A stretch of DNA of 64,000 bases from Octopus sinensis. Taxonomy: Eukaryota. The notes below the pieces were generated by a model. That model made no database searches. It was given only the letters and a program-made list of their open reading frames with translations, and was not told where the DNA came from. Shown here piece by piece: positions 51,485 to 63,432 of the stretch; the stretch's first letter is position 1, and every line of letters begins with the position of its first letter. A program made the translations under genes and the position numbers. The stretch lies in NCBI RefSeq assembly GCF_006345805.1, contig NC_042998.1, forward strand, positions 98,146,001 to 98,210,000, written 5' to 3'.

Positions 51485-52051
51485 CCATGCTAGCCAGCAT
51501 GTTATGGCTCCATTCATCTTCTCACACAGCCTCAGACTCAACACAGAGGCCTACATCAAATATCTGGAGGAGGCAGTGCTGCCTTGGGTCAAGAGGGTGG
51601 CTGCTGAGAGACTCCATGTCTGGCAACAGGACTCTGCATCATGCCACACAAGCAGGAGAACTCAGTTATGGCTGTTAAACAATTTCTGCAACCACATCAC
51701 CCCTAACATCTGGCCACCTAACTCCCCAGACTGCAACCCCCTTGATTATTATTTATGGGGCACAGTTGAGCGAGAGACCAACAAAATTCCTTATAACACC
51801 AAAGATGAACTGAAGGCAAGGATTTGGCAGCATACACTAACTTAAACAAGGAGACCATCCAGAAGAGTTGCAGGAGAGTCTGAAGTCATCTGGAGGCTGT
51901 GGTTGAAGCCAATGGCGATTTTGTTGAATCTACTCTTCAGTATTTCAAAGTATCTTTATGTAATTTTGGCAAACTATATCTGTTAAAATCAGATGTTAGT
52001 GTTATTTTCATTTTTAAGTAATTTAGACGCCAGTTTATTCACCACACCCTG
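51485..52051 (+). mobile_element. DD37D (maT) transposon 3' fragment
   Basis: VWQQDSASCH...IWPPNSPDCNPLDYY has 37 residues between the Asp residues. The right end is ACACCCTG (CAGGGTG-type TIR). Confidence 0.88.
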
Positions 52052-52119
52052 TGTGTGTGTGTGTGTGTGTTTAAATATATATATATATATCACCTGATGA
52101 TGATTTATATACACACACA

Positions 52120-52265
52120 CATACACATACAACAGGCTTCTTCCAATTTCCATCTACTAATTCCACCCATGAGGCTTTGGTTGAGCAGGGGTGCCACACA
52201 GTGGGTTTGAACATAAGACCACAAGGTTGGGAAGGAAGCTTCTCAACCACAGAGTTGCACCTGTA
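52120..52265 (-). mobile_element. Decayed SINE head
   Basis: ACAGGCTTCTTCCAATTTCCATCTAC...GGCTTTGGTTGA...GGTGCCACACAGTGGG...TTCTCAACCACAGAG. Confidence 0.55.
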
Positions 52266-52742
52266 CCTACTTTGTTATTATGTTTTTCTTTTTAATTTAT
52301 AAACAAAATCAAAGTCTCTTTTTTTAACTCAATATCTGAAACCATGTTTACAATGTCATCATTTTAGATTATCTCCACACAAAAAGCTAGTTTTATGTAT
52401 TAATGTGATTTTGGTAACTTTTTGCCATTAAATTGATATTATAGAAATCAGTGAAATATCTAGAAGATATTCTGTTGTATATTACCTGCTTAGTTGTCTT
52501 TCCTTTCAATTTATTGCCAAAATGTTCATTCAATATCAGCTGATATCAATATTAGTGCATACGTGCATTAACATCATACATTCAGGAATGCATATAAGCA
52601 CACGTGTATATATGTGTCTGCATAAATGTTTGCTTTTATGTATAGCTATACTTAAAAATACTCAAACATTTTTTGAAGGATCATTCAATACATATGAGCA
52701 TGAAATTTATTTTTTACAACTCTGCATACAACTATACATATT

Positions 52743-52788
<46 letters not shown>

Positions 52789-53114
52789 TTATATTTATAA
52801 GTGTAGTAATTAAGATGACAGATAATGTGTATGAAACAACAATGGTCCAATTGTAGTGTGCATATATTTAAGTTTGTAAACTAAATGCATTTTAGTACTT
52901 CAACCAATCTAAATGAAAATAAGTAACATAAAACTTTACAGTTAAATTGTTACCTGAAAGAAAAGTATTCAACTGTAAACTGTTAGCTCCAATAATTTGA
53001 GCTAATGTTCATAATTTTACAACCATCCAGTTCATGCGAGCATAGAGAATGTAGTTAATCTTTATAAAAATTTAAAATTTTTTGTAAATCTCTCAACAAG
53101 AGACATTCAGTAAC

Positions 53115-53211
53115 AGTAAAGATTATTTGCCAACATAACATGGCAGTCTTGGTTTAGTAACATTTGTCCTAAACCAGGACTGCCACATTATGTTGGCAAA
53201 TAATCTTTACT
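53115..53211. repeat. Inverted repeat: 43-bp arms, 11-nt loop, 3 transition differences
   Basis: 53115-53157 versus the reverse complement of 53169-53211 matches at 40/43 positions. Confidence 0.97.
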
Positions 53212-55489
53212 TTATAAAAATTCACTATAAATATCTGTATTTAATACCAAGCCACATACTGTGTGATATAGCTTTTTTTCATGATAGTCTTTACTTGACA
53301 TTCTGAAACTTTTATGTTACTTTATCGAACCGTCAAAAAAAGCATTAATTCAATAATCTTATCCAAATGTATACCAAAGCTGCTATGGGAGCTAGCAAAT
53401 GCCCATGTATGCAAACACAAGCACACAAAATCAAATAATACTTATCACAGACAGGAATGGGGTACAGTACTGGAACAAAAATGTAGACATGCTATTCTCC
53501 CTCATTGTCTATTATTCTCATATAAAAATATTTCATCAAGAAAAGGGAAATCTCTGTATCACAGTATCTCTGCCTATTGTAAATAACTGATAATTGTGTC
53601 TTTTGGAAAGATAGATACTTCATCGAATGGCAAGCACCCAGAATCAGTATGCATGCACATACAAGCTATCACAATGTATTTGATTAAACAAAATCTTTAA
53701 TGTGGAACAAGATCTATCAATATTTTTCTGTTGCTCTTCATTTTTTGCCCCTTCTCAAAATCTTTTGGGTAGATTCTTCCAAGTAATCCATGGAGACATG
53801 AAACCAAACAACTATTTGTGATGAATATTGATTTTAAGATATTCAAAGATCCTTAAATTCAAAACCTTTTTGTGATATGGAGAAAGGCTGCATTACTAAA
53901 GAATTCAACATTCATAGGCTTTGGATATCAGCCATAAAAACTGAAATATTCTGTGGAAAGTATTATGGTCAACCAACTGGCAAAGATGCCATGTAAAAAC
54001 TGATGCCATGTAAAATGCTTGTATACTGTGAGAGGCAAGATTATCCATATATTGAGTAAAGTAAAACAAAGAGACCATTGAAAATCCATTTCATCTTCAC
54101 AATCTTTCCTGCTTTGTACATTATACTTCCGGTTCAAATTTATTCATATTCACCTTGCTATGTTTGACAGACACTGGCTGTTAAATGGTCATTTTGTAAT
54201 TTAAGCCAAGCACTTAACTTGAGAGTAAGATATTTTAGAAAAATATCATTTTACTAAATTTTTATCACAATTATTATTTCCTTGACAGGAAAGTACAAAC
54301 TACTTTTTATAATCACTTCATAAAATATTTAACTACTATTTTATATAAAAGATTTCAGAAATTGGAGTTGTAAATGACAGGCTAAATTATTTTGAATAAA
54401 TTGGCAAAATCTCCAAGTGACTGCATTATGGCTGCAAATCTTAAGAAAACTCTACAATACACTGTTTACATTAAGATTCAAGCTTCAATAATTGTCAGAT
54501 TACAGTCCAGACAGCTCCAAGATTTTGTCTTGCTTAACTATTAACTTTGCAGCTCAAACATAAAACTAAAGAACAATATCTGCTAAAAGATCCCCTATGA
54601 AATACAATATTTATATCAGCCAATTATCTAACTGAGAGCTATTCATTTGATGATATGAGAATCGATTAAGAATGGCAATTGTCATTTTCTTTCATCGAAC
54701 ATCTACAGTTGAAGAAAAGCATGGAGCGATGAGAACAAAAACAATACATTTTCATATTTCAAAGTCAACATGCACACTGCATGCATATATGCACACAATA
54801 AATCAATGAAATAATAGGACTGTTATACTATAAATTGGAAGAAAAGCAAAAAAAGTATAATTGGTTTCAAAGTTGAGAGAACACTTATTCACAACTGATA
54901 TTATTTACACATACACAAATCTAGATACTCCCACACAATCTTGAGAGAGTAAAAACAGAGTGGGCTGAAGGTTCCTAACTACAAACTGCATGATAATCTA
55001 ACACAAAAGAAAATGAATCAAATACATAATTAGATATTGTGCTATTTCCTCAGAAGTTTCCAGAAAAAAGTGAGTAGTTGAACTTTTGTTTTTCCAACTG
55101 TACTTGACCAGAATAGGTCAAAGACAAGTGACCATAGAACATTTTATTTCACCAGATGTTAACACATTGGAGTTAAAAACATCTATCTTGTGTTCAAATG
55201 AGTAATTGATTGTTTGAAACTGATTGCTTTGAGACTAAGTAGTTTCCCACAGCAACAAAATTATTTGATACATTGCTGTAGTGTATCTAAAATAAGTAGC
55301 TGTCAATTACAACCATGGCTAGCTTCAAAACTAGAGGTTTTGATCAGTTAAAGCTCTATATAACAGACACTTAGGCAGGATTTCAACAATAGATCATAAA
55401 CTTTACCACTTTACCAATAAGAAATCATCTTGCCATAGTCTAGCTAACAGTATAAGATAGCCAGCACTAAACCTACCAACAGATATAAC

Positions 55490-55587
55490 ATTTCACAATG
55501 ATTGTTAGTAATGATACCGAGATATTTTATTTCACAATGATCGTTAGTAATGATACCCAGATATTTTATTTCACAATGATTGTTAGT
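55490..55587. repeat. 39-bp tandem repeat x2.5
   Basis: ATTTCACAATGAT(T/C)GTTAGT starts at 55490, 55529 and 55568. Confidence 0.92.
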
Positions 55588-55718
55588 CAGCTAAATCTTG
55601 AAAGAATCCCCCATTCCTAAACATATAAAAATTTTAAATTGACATATTTATGAAATTATTTTCCAGCCAAGAAACACAGAAGCAAATTCAGTGCAAAAAT
55701 AACTTTGAGTTACCTACA

Positions 55719-55763
<45 letters not shown>

Positions 55764-56592
55764 TACATACACACACAAGTCTAAGAGTGAAACAATTAAA
55801 ATCAACACTGAAATAGGCAGCTATCACAAATTGGATGTATAAATTAAATATGAAAAACAAGACATCAAATAGATTTTAAAATCAAGATAAAAATGAAAAA
55901 GCAAAGCATGATGAGCCCAGGCATAAAGCCAATGCATTGAGTTAAGGATAAATAGGTTATTCACTTATAACAGTATAGCAAAAAATATTTGATAAGAAAC
56001 CAAATATTTTCTGACTCATAGTAACTGATCCTGACAATGAAATTAGGAGTCAAAACTAAAAAATATGAAAGCAATTAAGAAAAATTATTAAATTACAAAA
56101 ATAAATACAATCATATGACTAAGTTCAATGATTTATTTATTAAACGATTTCCTGTTTTATTTTTTAATCATTAATTAGAAACACAGAAAGTTCAATTTTC
56201 AAAACTAACATTAGTAAAGTTGAAGTGACACCCTCTTCAATTAGAAATTAAAATCATGTGACAACAAAATTTTCATATGTGAACTACATAGATGCAATGA
56301 AATTCAAAATGAACAGATAGTGAGGAAGGGAGAAAGACAGAGAAGAACAGACAGACAAGATGTAAGTGTACAAACTAAAGTAAAGTGCACTCACAAAGTT
56401 TCATAGAGTTTATAACTACATTAACAGGTTGACTCAGAATTGCATTAACTAAAAGTTTCACTTTACAGACTGATTCAATGATTTTATAATAAATGCAATT
56501 CTGAATGAATATGCAAATTCACACACACACATACACAAATGCATGTGTGTGTATCAGTATGGAAAACAGATAAAAATGCTCACACACACAAT

Positions 56593-56850
56593 CATCATCA
56601 TCATTTAACGATCATTATCCTTGCTGGCATGGGTTGGATGGTTTGACCAGAGCTAGCAAGCTGGGGAGCTGCACCAAACTCCAATCTGACTTGACAAGGT
56701 TTTTATGACTGGATGCCCTTCTCAACCCCAACCACTTTACAGAGTGTGCTGGGTGCTTTTACATGGCACCACACAGGCGCTTTTATGTGGCACTGCACAG
56801 ATACTTTTACATGACACCATCACAAGTGCTTTACACCAGAGGGACCAGTC
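56593..56850 (-). mobile_element. RTE 3' tail fragment
   Basis: (TCA)n TTTAACG...GCATGGGTTGGATGG...CTGGATGCCCTTC...CCAACCACTTTACAGAGTG...GTGCTTTTACATGGCACC. Confidence 0.75.
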
Positions 56851-58907
56851 TTAACACTTCTGATTTTATTTATATATATATATATATACATAGAAACATT
56901 TAAACATGTGTATACATACAGGCATCTACATGCCTATGATTGCATGTGTTTAAATGTGTATAGGGACATGTATAGTGGTAAGATTAAGAAATTTGTATTG
57001 CAAACATATGATTTAAAGTTCAGTCACAGTGTGGCTGACCAATACCTTGTAAGCGAATATGGTTGAGAGAAATTGTAGGAAGTCGTCGATAACGTGTATG
57101 TATAAGAGAGATCTTCTCACAAGGCAGGAGGCTATAGAAGACACTCAAGATATTGTGCAGTGAGACTAACCCAAAATCACACAGTTACAAAGTGAACTGC
57201 TTAACTAAACAGTTGCGTGAGTGTATGTAACATACAAAATGATTTGCAACACTTTGCAGATTGAAAAATCCCTCTTGAATTTTTTCTAAACTCAAAAGAA
57301 TAGAGCTATTTAAAATCAAATATCACCTTTATCAACAGAGAGTTGAACTATAGATGAGAAATATGGTTTCAATGTGACTGCCATCACAAGCTATTGCACA
57401 ATGAGCTAATGTGAATAACCCATTTACAAACATTGTTGAAGAATAGAAAACACGCCATTGTGTCAAGTAATAAACTGAAACCCAATATCACAGTGCCATT
57501 AACCCTTACATGAGTACAGCTTCCAATTTGTGTGGCTTTTGCAATAAAAGTCAGTAAATTTCCATGTTGATAACAAAACAAATTAGACCAACAATTGTGT
57601 TTGCCAGGTTTTCAGTTTCATATTCAGTGAAAAAGGTCCATTTTTCCCCATAGACAATTATATGTTGCTCTGTCAAGGACTACACAAAGAACTACAATGC
57701 TTAAAAAGTCACCAACATTGTACACAGTGTTATAGTGCTAAAACTTTATTCTAAATATTTACATCATCCAGGAACCTAATTTAGAAAAATTTATATATAT
57801 GTGCATTGATGTATTGTATTTTCTTTAATCATCATCATTATTATCAGTAATGATTACAGCTGTTGCTAAGTAAAACTATGCACATATACACTAATATAAT
57901 ATAATATAATATAATATAATAATGTACTCTCACCATTTGAAAATAGTCTAACTACATACATGTGATACATAGTGAATCATACCCACATTAGATATAAAAA
58001 TGAATTTAACTAAAGATATATATAATAACCTAAACTATCAACAAATAAGACTAATACATCTAAATAAATAAAAATTCAATAAAAATTGAAATTCTCGCAA
58101 CTAAATAAGTAGGTGTTAAATATATTGATTTGGATTCTTGCTAATATGAAATATATATTTTTTATTTTTATTCTTTTCACAAGTGAGTAAAGATAGGAGT
58201 ACAAGCCAGCCTTTATAAAACCGATCTAAGGAGAATGATAGTATGATCTAGTTCCTCAGCACTAGCACTAGCCAATGTCCACTGTTTAACATCAAGCTAT
58301 TTTTAGAAAGGAATCCAAAAGACACACATGCTGACAAACACCAACATACTAAACATACAAACACCAACATACTAAACACCAACATGCTATTTCAGTCTGT
58401 AAGCAATTCTCCATCCATTAAGATGTGAACAAATATTTGAAGAGATTTTTACCTTTTAAATATATAATGCTATCTTAATTGCAAAATATGAATGAAGGTA
58501 AAAATTTGAAACATATGTAGGTGATATGAAATATAAAGAAATAAATTTTTTGTGTTCAAACTCTGCATTTTCTTTATATGATATATATATATATAGAGAG
58601 AGAGATATATAGATATATACATATATATCATCATCATCACCATTTAACGTCCGCTTTCCATGCTAGCATGGGTTGGACGGTTCAACTGGGGTCTGGGGAG
58701 CCCGAAGGCTGCACCAGGCCAGTCAGATCTGGCAGTGTTTCTACAGCTGGATGCCCTTCCTAACGCCAACCACTCCGAGAGTGTAGTGGGTGATTTTATG
58801 TGCCACCGACACAGGTGCCAGACGAGGCTGGCGAACGGCCACACTCGGATGGTGTTTTTATGTGCCACCGACACAGGTGCTAGACGAGGCTGGCGAACGG
58901 CCACGCT

Positions 58908-60940
58908 CGGATGGTGTTTTTATGTGCCACCGACACAGGTGCCAGACGAGGCTGACGAACGGCCACGATCGGATGGTGTTTCTTACGTGCCCACAGCACG
59001 GAGGCCAGTTGATGCGGTACTGGCTACGGCCACGTTCGGATGGTTTTCTTGTGTGCCACTGGCACTGGTACCACAAAGATACAAATTCCATTGATGTTCG
59101 TCTATTTTGATTTGATTTGATTTGATTTTCACTTGCCTCAACAGGTCTTCACAAGTGTCACAAGAAGGAAGGAAGGTATGCACAGGTGAACTGACAACGT
59201 CCCAGGTAGGGGCCATGGGTTATGGCCTGACTAGTCTTGCCGGGTCTTCGGATGATGTTTTTATGTGCCTCCGACACAGGTGCCAGATGGATGGTGTTTG
59301 TTACGTGCCCACAGCACGGAGGCCAGTCGATGCGGTACTGGCTACGGCCACGTTCGGATGGTTTTCTTGTGTGCCACCGGCACTGGTACCACAAAGATAC
59401 AAATTCCATTGATGTTCATCTATTTTGATTTGATTTGATTTGATTTGATCACTTGTCTCAACAGGTCTTCACAAGTGTCACAAGAAGGAAGGTATGCACA
59501 GGTGGACTGACTACGTCCCAGGTAGAGGCCACGGGTTATGGCCTGACTAGTCTTGCCGGGTCTTCGGATGGTGTTTTTATGTGCCACCGACACAGGTGCC
59601 AGATGAGGCTGGCGAACGGCCACGATCGGATGGTGTTTGTTATGAGCCCCCAGCACAGAGGCCAGTCGATGCGGTACTGGCTACGGCCATGTTCGGATGG
59701 TTATCTTGTGTGCCACCGGCCCTGGTACCACAAAGATACAAATTCCATTGATGTTCATCTATTTTGATTTGTTTTGATTTGATCACTAGCCTCAACAGGT
59801 CTTCACAAGTGTCACAAGAAGGAAGGTATGCACAGGCGGACTGACTACGTCCCAGGTAGGGGCCACAGGTTATGGCCTGACTAGTCTTGCCGGGTCTTCA
59901 GATGGTGTTTTTATGTGCCACCGACACAGGTGCCTGATGAGGCTGGCGAACGGACATGATCGGATGGTGTTTGTTACGTGCCCACAGCACAGAGGCCAGT
60001 CGATGCGGTACTGGCTACGGCCACGTTCGGATGGTTTTCTTGTGTGCCACCGGCACTGGTACCATAAAGATACAAATTCCATTGATGTTCATCTATTTTA
60101 TTTTGATTTTCACTTTCACTTGCCTCAAAAGGTCTTCACAAGTGTCACAAGAAGGAAGGTATGCACAGGTGGACTGACTACGTCCCAGGTTGGGGCCACG
60201 GATTATGGCCTGACTAGTCTTGCCGGGTCTTCGGATGGTGTTTTTATGTGCCACCGACACAAGTGCCTAGTCTTGCCGGGTCTTCGGATGGTGTTTTTAT
60301 GTGCCACCGACACAGGTGCCGGATGAGGCTGGCGAACGGCCACGATCGGATGGTGTTTGTTATGTGCCCACAGCACGGAGGCCAGACGATGCAGTACTGG
60401 CTACGGCCACGTTCGGATGGTTTTCTTGTGTGCCACTGGCACTACAAAGATACAAATTCCATTGATATTCATCTATTTTGATTTGTTTTGATTTTGATTT
60501 TCACTTGCCTCAACAGGTCTTCACAAGTGTCACAAGAAGGGAGGTATGCACAGGTGGACTGACTACGTCCCAGGTAGGGGCCACGGTTATGGCCTGACTA
60601 GTCTTGCTGGGTCTTCGGATGGTGTCTTTATGTGCCACCGACACATAATGAGGCTGGCAAACGGCCACGATCGGATGGTGTTTGCTATGTGCCCACAGCA
60701 CGGAGGCCAGTTGATGCGGTACTGGCTACGGCCACGTTCGGATGGTTTTCTTGTGTGCCACCAGCACTGGTAACAAAGATACAAATTCCATTGATGATCA
60801 TCTATTTTATTTTGATTTTCACTTTCACTTGCCTCAACAGGTCTTCACAAGTGTCACAAGAAGGAAGGTATGCACAGGTGGACTGACTACGTCCCAGGTA
60901 GGGGCCACGGGTTATGGCCTGACTACTCTTGCCGGGTCTT
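58908..60940 (-). repeat. Tandem array of ~316-341-bp LINE 3'UTR units (6 full, plus one 53-bp deleted unit)
   Basis: The junction GCCGGGTCTT|C(G/A)GATG(G/A)TG recurs after 59248, 59564, 59898, 60231, 60284 and 60615 (GCTGGGTCTT there). The last unit runs into the ORF at 60940. Confidence 0.95.
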
Positions 60941-61909
60941 CTCACGCACAGCATACTTCCATAGGTCTCGGTCTCTAGTCATTTCCTTGGTGAGACCTAA
61001 AGTTCGAAGGTCGTGCTTCACCACCTCGTCCCAGGTTTTCCTGGGTCTACCTCTTCCACAGGTTCCCTCAACTGCTAGGGTGTAGCACCTTTGCACACAA
61101 CTATCTACAGCCATTCTCGTCACATGACCATACCAGCGCAGCCGTCTCTCTTGCACACCACAATTGACGCTTCTTAGGTTCAACTTTTCTCTCAAGGTAC
61201 TTACACTCTGACGATTATGAACACTGACATTACACATCCATCGGAGCATACTGGCTTCATTTCTTGCAAGCTTACGCATATCCTCAGCAGTCACGGCCCA
61301 TGTTTCACTACCATGTAGCATGGCTGTACGTACACATGCATCATACAGTCTGCCTTTTACTCTGAGCGAGAGGCCTTTTGTCACCAGCAGGGGTAAGAGC
61401 TCTCTAAACTTTGCCCAAGCTATTCTTACTCTAGCAGTTACACTTTCAGCACACCCACCCCCGCTACTGACTTGGTCTCCTAGGTAGCGGAAGCTATCAA
61501 CTACTTCTAGTTTGTCTCCCTGGAACGTGGTAGAAGTTGGTCTCTGCACATTTCCAGTGTTTATTGCTCCTGAGCATCTGCCACAGACAAAAACTATTTT
61601 CCTAGTTAGCCTTCCTTTGACATTGCTGCACCTCTTATATGTCCATAGCTTACACTTGGTGCACCTTATAGAGTTTCTACCTACACCTTTTTTACAGATC
61701 GAGCAGGGCCATCTACCTGAAGTCGTTTGTGATTGGTCCACCTTCCTACTTATTAGGACTTTGGTTTTGGCTAGGTTGATTCTAAGGCCCTTCGATTCTA
61801 ATCCTTGTTTCCACACCTGAAACTTCTCCTCCAGTTCTGATAGAGACTCAGCAATTAGAGCAAGGTCATCAGCATAGAGGAGCTCCCAGGGGCATCCTGT
61901 CTTGAATTC
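60923..61909 (-). CDS. RTE reverse transcriptase, C-terminal part (5'-truncated; element ORF, not a host gene)
   Basis: Uninterrupted 329-codon frame: EFKTGCPWELLYADDLALIAES...KTKVL...C4HC3-like finger...FRYLGD...AMLHGSETW...RLRWYGHV...GRGRPRKTW...KTRQE*. The supplied ORF starts at an internal GTG (61816). Confidence 0.9.
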   Translation of the reverse strand, partial: EFKTGCPWELLYADDLALIAESLSELEEKFQVWKQGLESKGLRINLAKTKVLISRKVDQSQTTSGRWPCSICKKGVGRNSIRCTKCKLWTYKRCSNVKGRLTRKIVFVCGRCSGAINTGNVQRPTSTTFQGDKLEVVDSFRYLGDQVSSGGGCAESVTARVRIAWAKFRELLPLLVTKGLSLRVKGRLYDACVRTAMLHGSETWAVTAEDMRKLARNEASMLRWMCNVSVHNRQSVSTLREKLNLRSVNCGVQERRLRWYGHVTRMAVDSCVQRCYTLAVEGTCGRGRPRKTWDEVVKHDLRTLGLTKEMTRDRDLWKYAVREKTRQE

Positions 61910-63432
61910 CTACACATACATACACACACATACATACACACAGTGAACAGTGAGAAACAATGACTTGCCTATTTATTAATATGTTCTGGCAGATTTAAAC
62001 ATGAATATGTTAATTGCTGTTGCATTTTGTCACAGGAGAACAACTCCTTTATGACAAATATGTTTGAGTCATCAGTGCAAGGGACTCTGAGACAGTTGCT
62101 TTTTAAAAAATTGTTGTGTTATCAGCCAGAGATACCCAGACCAATGAATTTAAGAGTTGAGGCTCTTGTTTATAACTTCAGTGAAAAAACCTGTTAGTTG
62201 GTATCTGCCAACTGATAATAAATCATCATATGCACAGTGAAATTGTGTGTGCACGTGTTTGATTCAAATCATGCCAGCATGAAGCAAACATTAAATGTGG
62301 TGAGTGTGTGTGTGTGTGTAGAAAGAGATAAAAAATAAGCCAGGTACAAACTGACAATTTGATTTTAAAATTTGACTAAAAAATTTTTTCCCCACTTAAT
62401 CTCATGAACCTTTTACCTTACTCTCTTTTGGACATGTGGATCTTTGGTTTACCAAGATTTCCCCAAATGCCTTATCCAGAGATACTATGATAAGCAAACT
62501 GACACCTTACATGCAATAAGTCCCAATTTTCATCATCTATTTATTGTACCTGATATTTATTGTATCTGATCAATGTAAAATACTGCTGATGGTATACAGC
62601 TTCAAATGATGTATTTTGCTTCAGTACATTTCTATTGAGGATTAATTTAATCTTATTTGCAGATTAAATTAGCTCATTTTATGAAATTCACAAGAAAGTA
62701 GCTTATCTGATTCACTCACCGATATTTATTCCATTGATGCAGCTGCTTTTGAAGCATCAAAGTGACTAAGATATAGATCATATCACAAAATTTGTTTACA
62801 ATCAAATTTTATAAGAGGGGTTGGAAGAGTTTAAATTCTGAATCAGCTGTCTTACTATCTTTACCACTGATTAAACTCTAGTATGAGTTATCAATATCAT
62901 GAAAATATTGCTACATGAAACTCCTTGTGGAATTTGATGAAAGCAATCAAGAAAGGATCTACTTCCCCACACATACCACCATTCCAGTAGAAACAAGTGT
63001 CTCAATGTACATATTCACTTTAGTTAATAATCAATGAAACAAGAACATGTCACAAATAAGTTATGTTCATTTTTTAAAATTTTATTTAAGTAGCTATACT
63101 TTAAAAATGTTCAAGTATCCATGTCTATCAATAATTTGTTTTAAGATCTCTCAAACATAACCCAACTGTAATCAATTACAAAGTTTTACAATATAATTTC
63201 ATTAAAACCAAAAAAATAATGTAAATTATTTAATCGTGTGTGCATGTGTGTACATATAATATATGCATGTGACTATGTATATACATATATGTGTGTATAT
63301 ATATACACACATATCTGTATATACATATATATGTGTATGTATGTATGTATGTCTATACACACACACCATTATACGAGTTTATAAGTACTGAGAGAATTCA
63401 ATTTACTTGAAATGAAAAGTGAAATATTTACT

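Larger units (their letters stand above)
58628..61911 (-). mobile_element. Young 5'-truncated RTE-clade LINE with tandemly amplified 3'UTR
   Basis: Truncated just upstream of YADD; open frame to a TAG at 60923; concatenated 3'UTR; conserved tail and (GAT)n at 58628-58642; inserted in TA/CA-rich sequence with no clear TSD. Confidence 0.95.

Noticed and set aside
59931-59955. CTGATGAG...GAAC as a hammerhead core in the tandem unit
   Set aside because: CTGATGA occurs in only one unit (others have CAGATGA, CAGACGA or CGGATGA), there is no GAAA, and no credible stem II.
58908-60940. CRISPR-like repeat/spacer interpretation of the array
   Set aside because: Whole units are homologous with no unique spacers, they derive from a LINE UTR, the context is eukaryotic, and there are no cas genes.
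58644-60978. Numerous 63-144 aa ORFs
   Set aside because: They are antisense or off-frame readings of the repeated LINE UTR.
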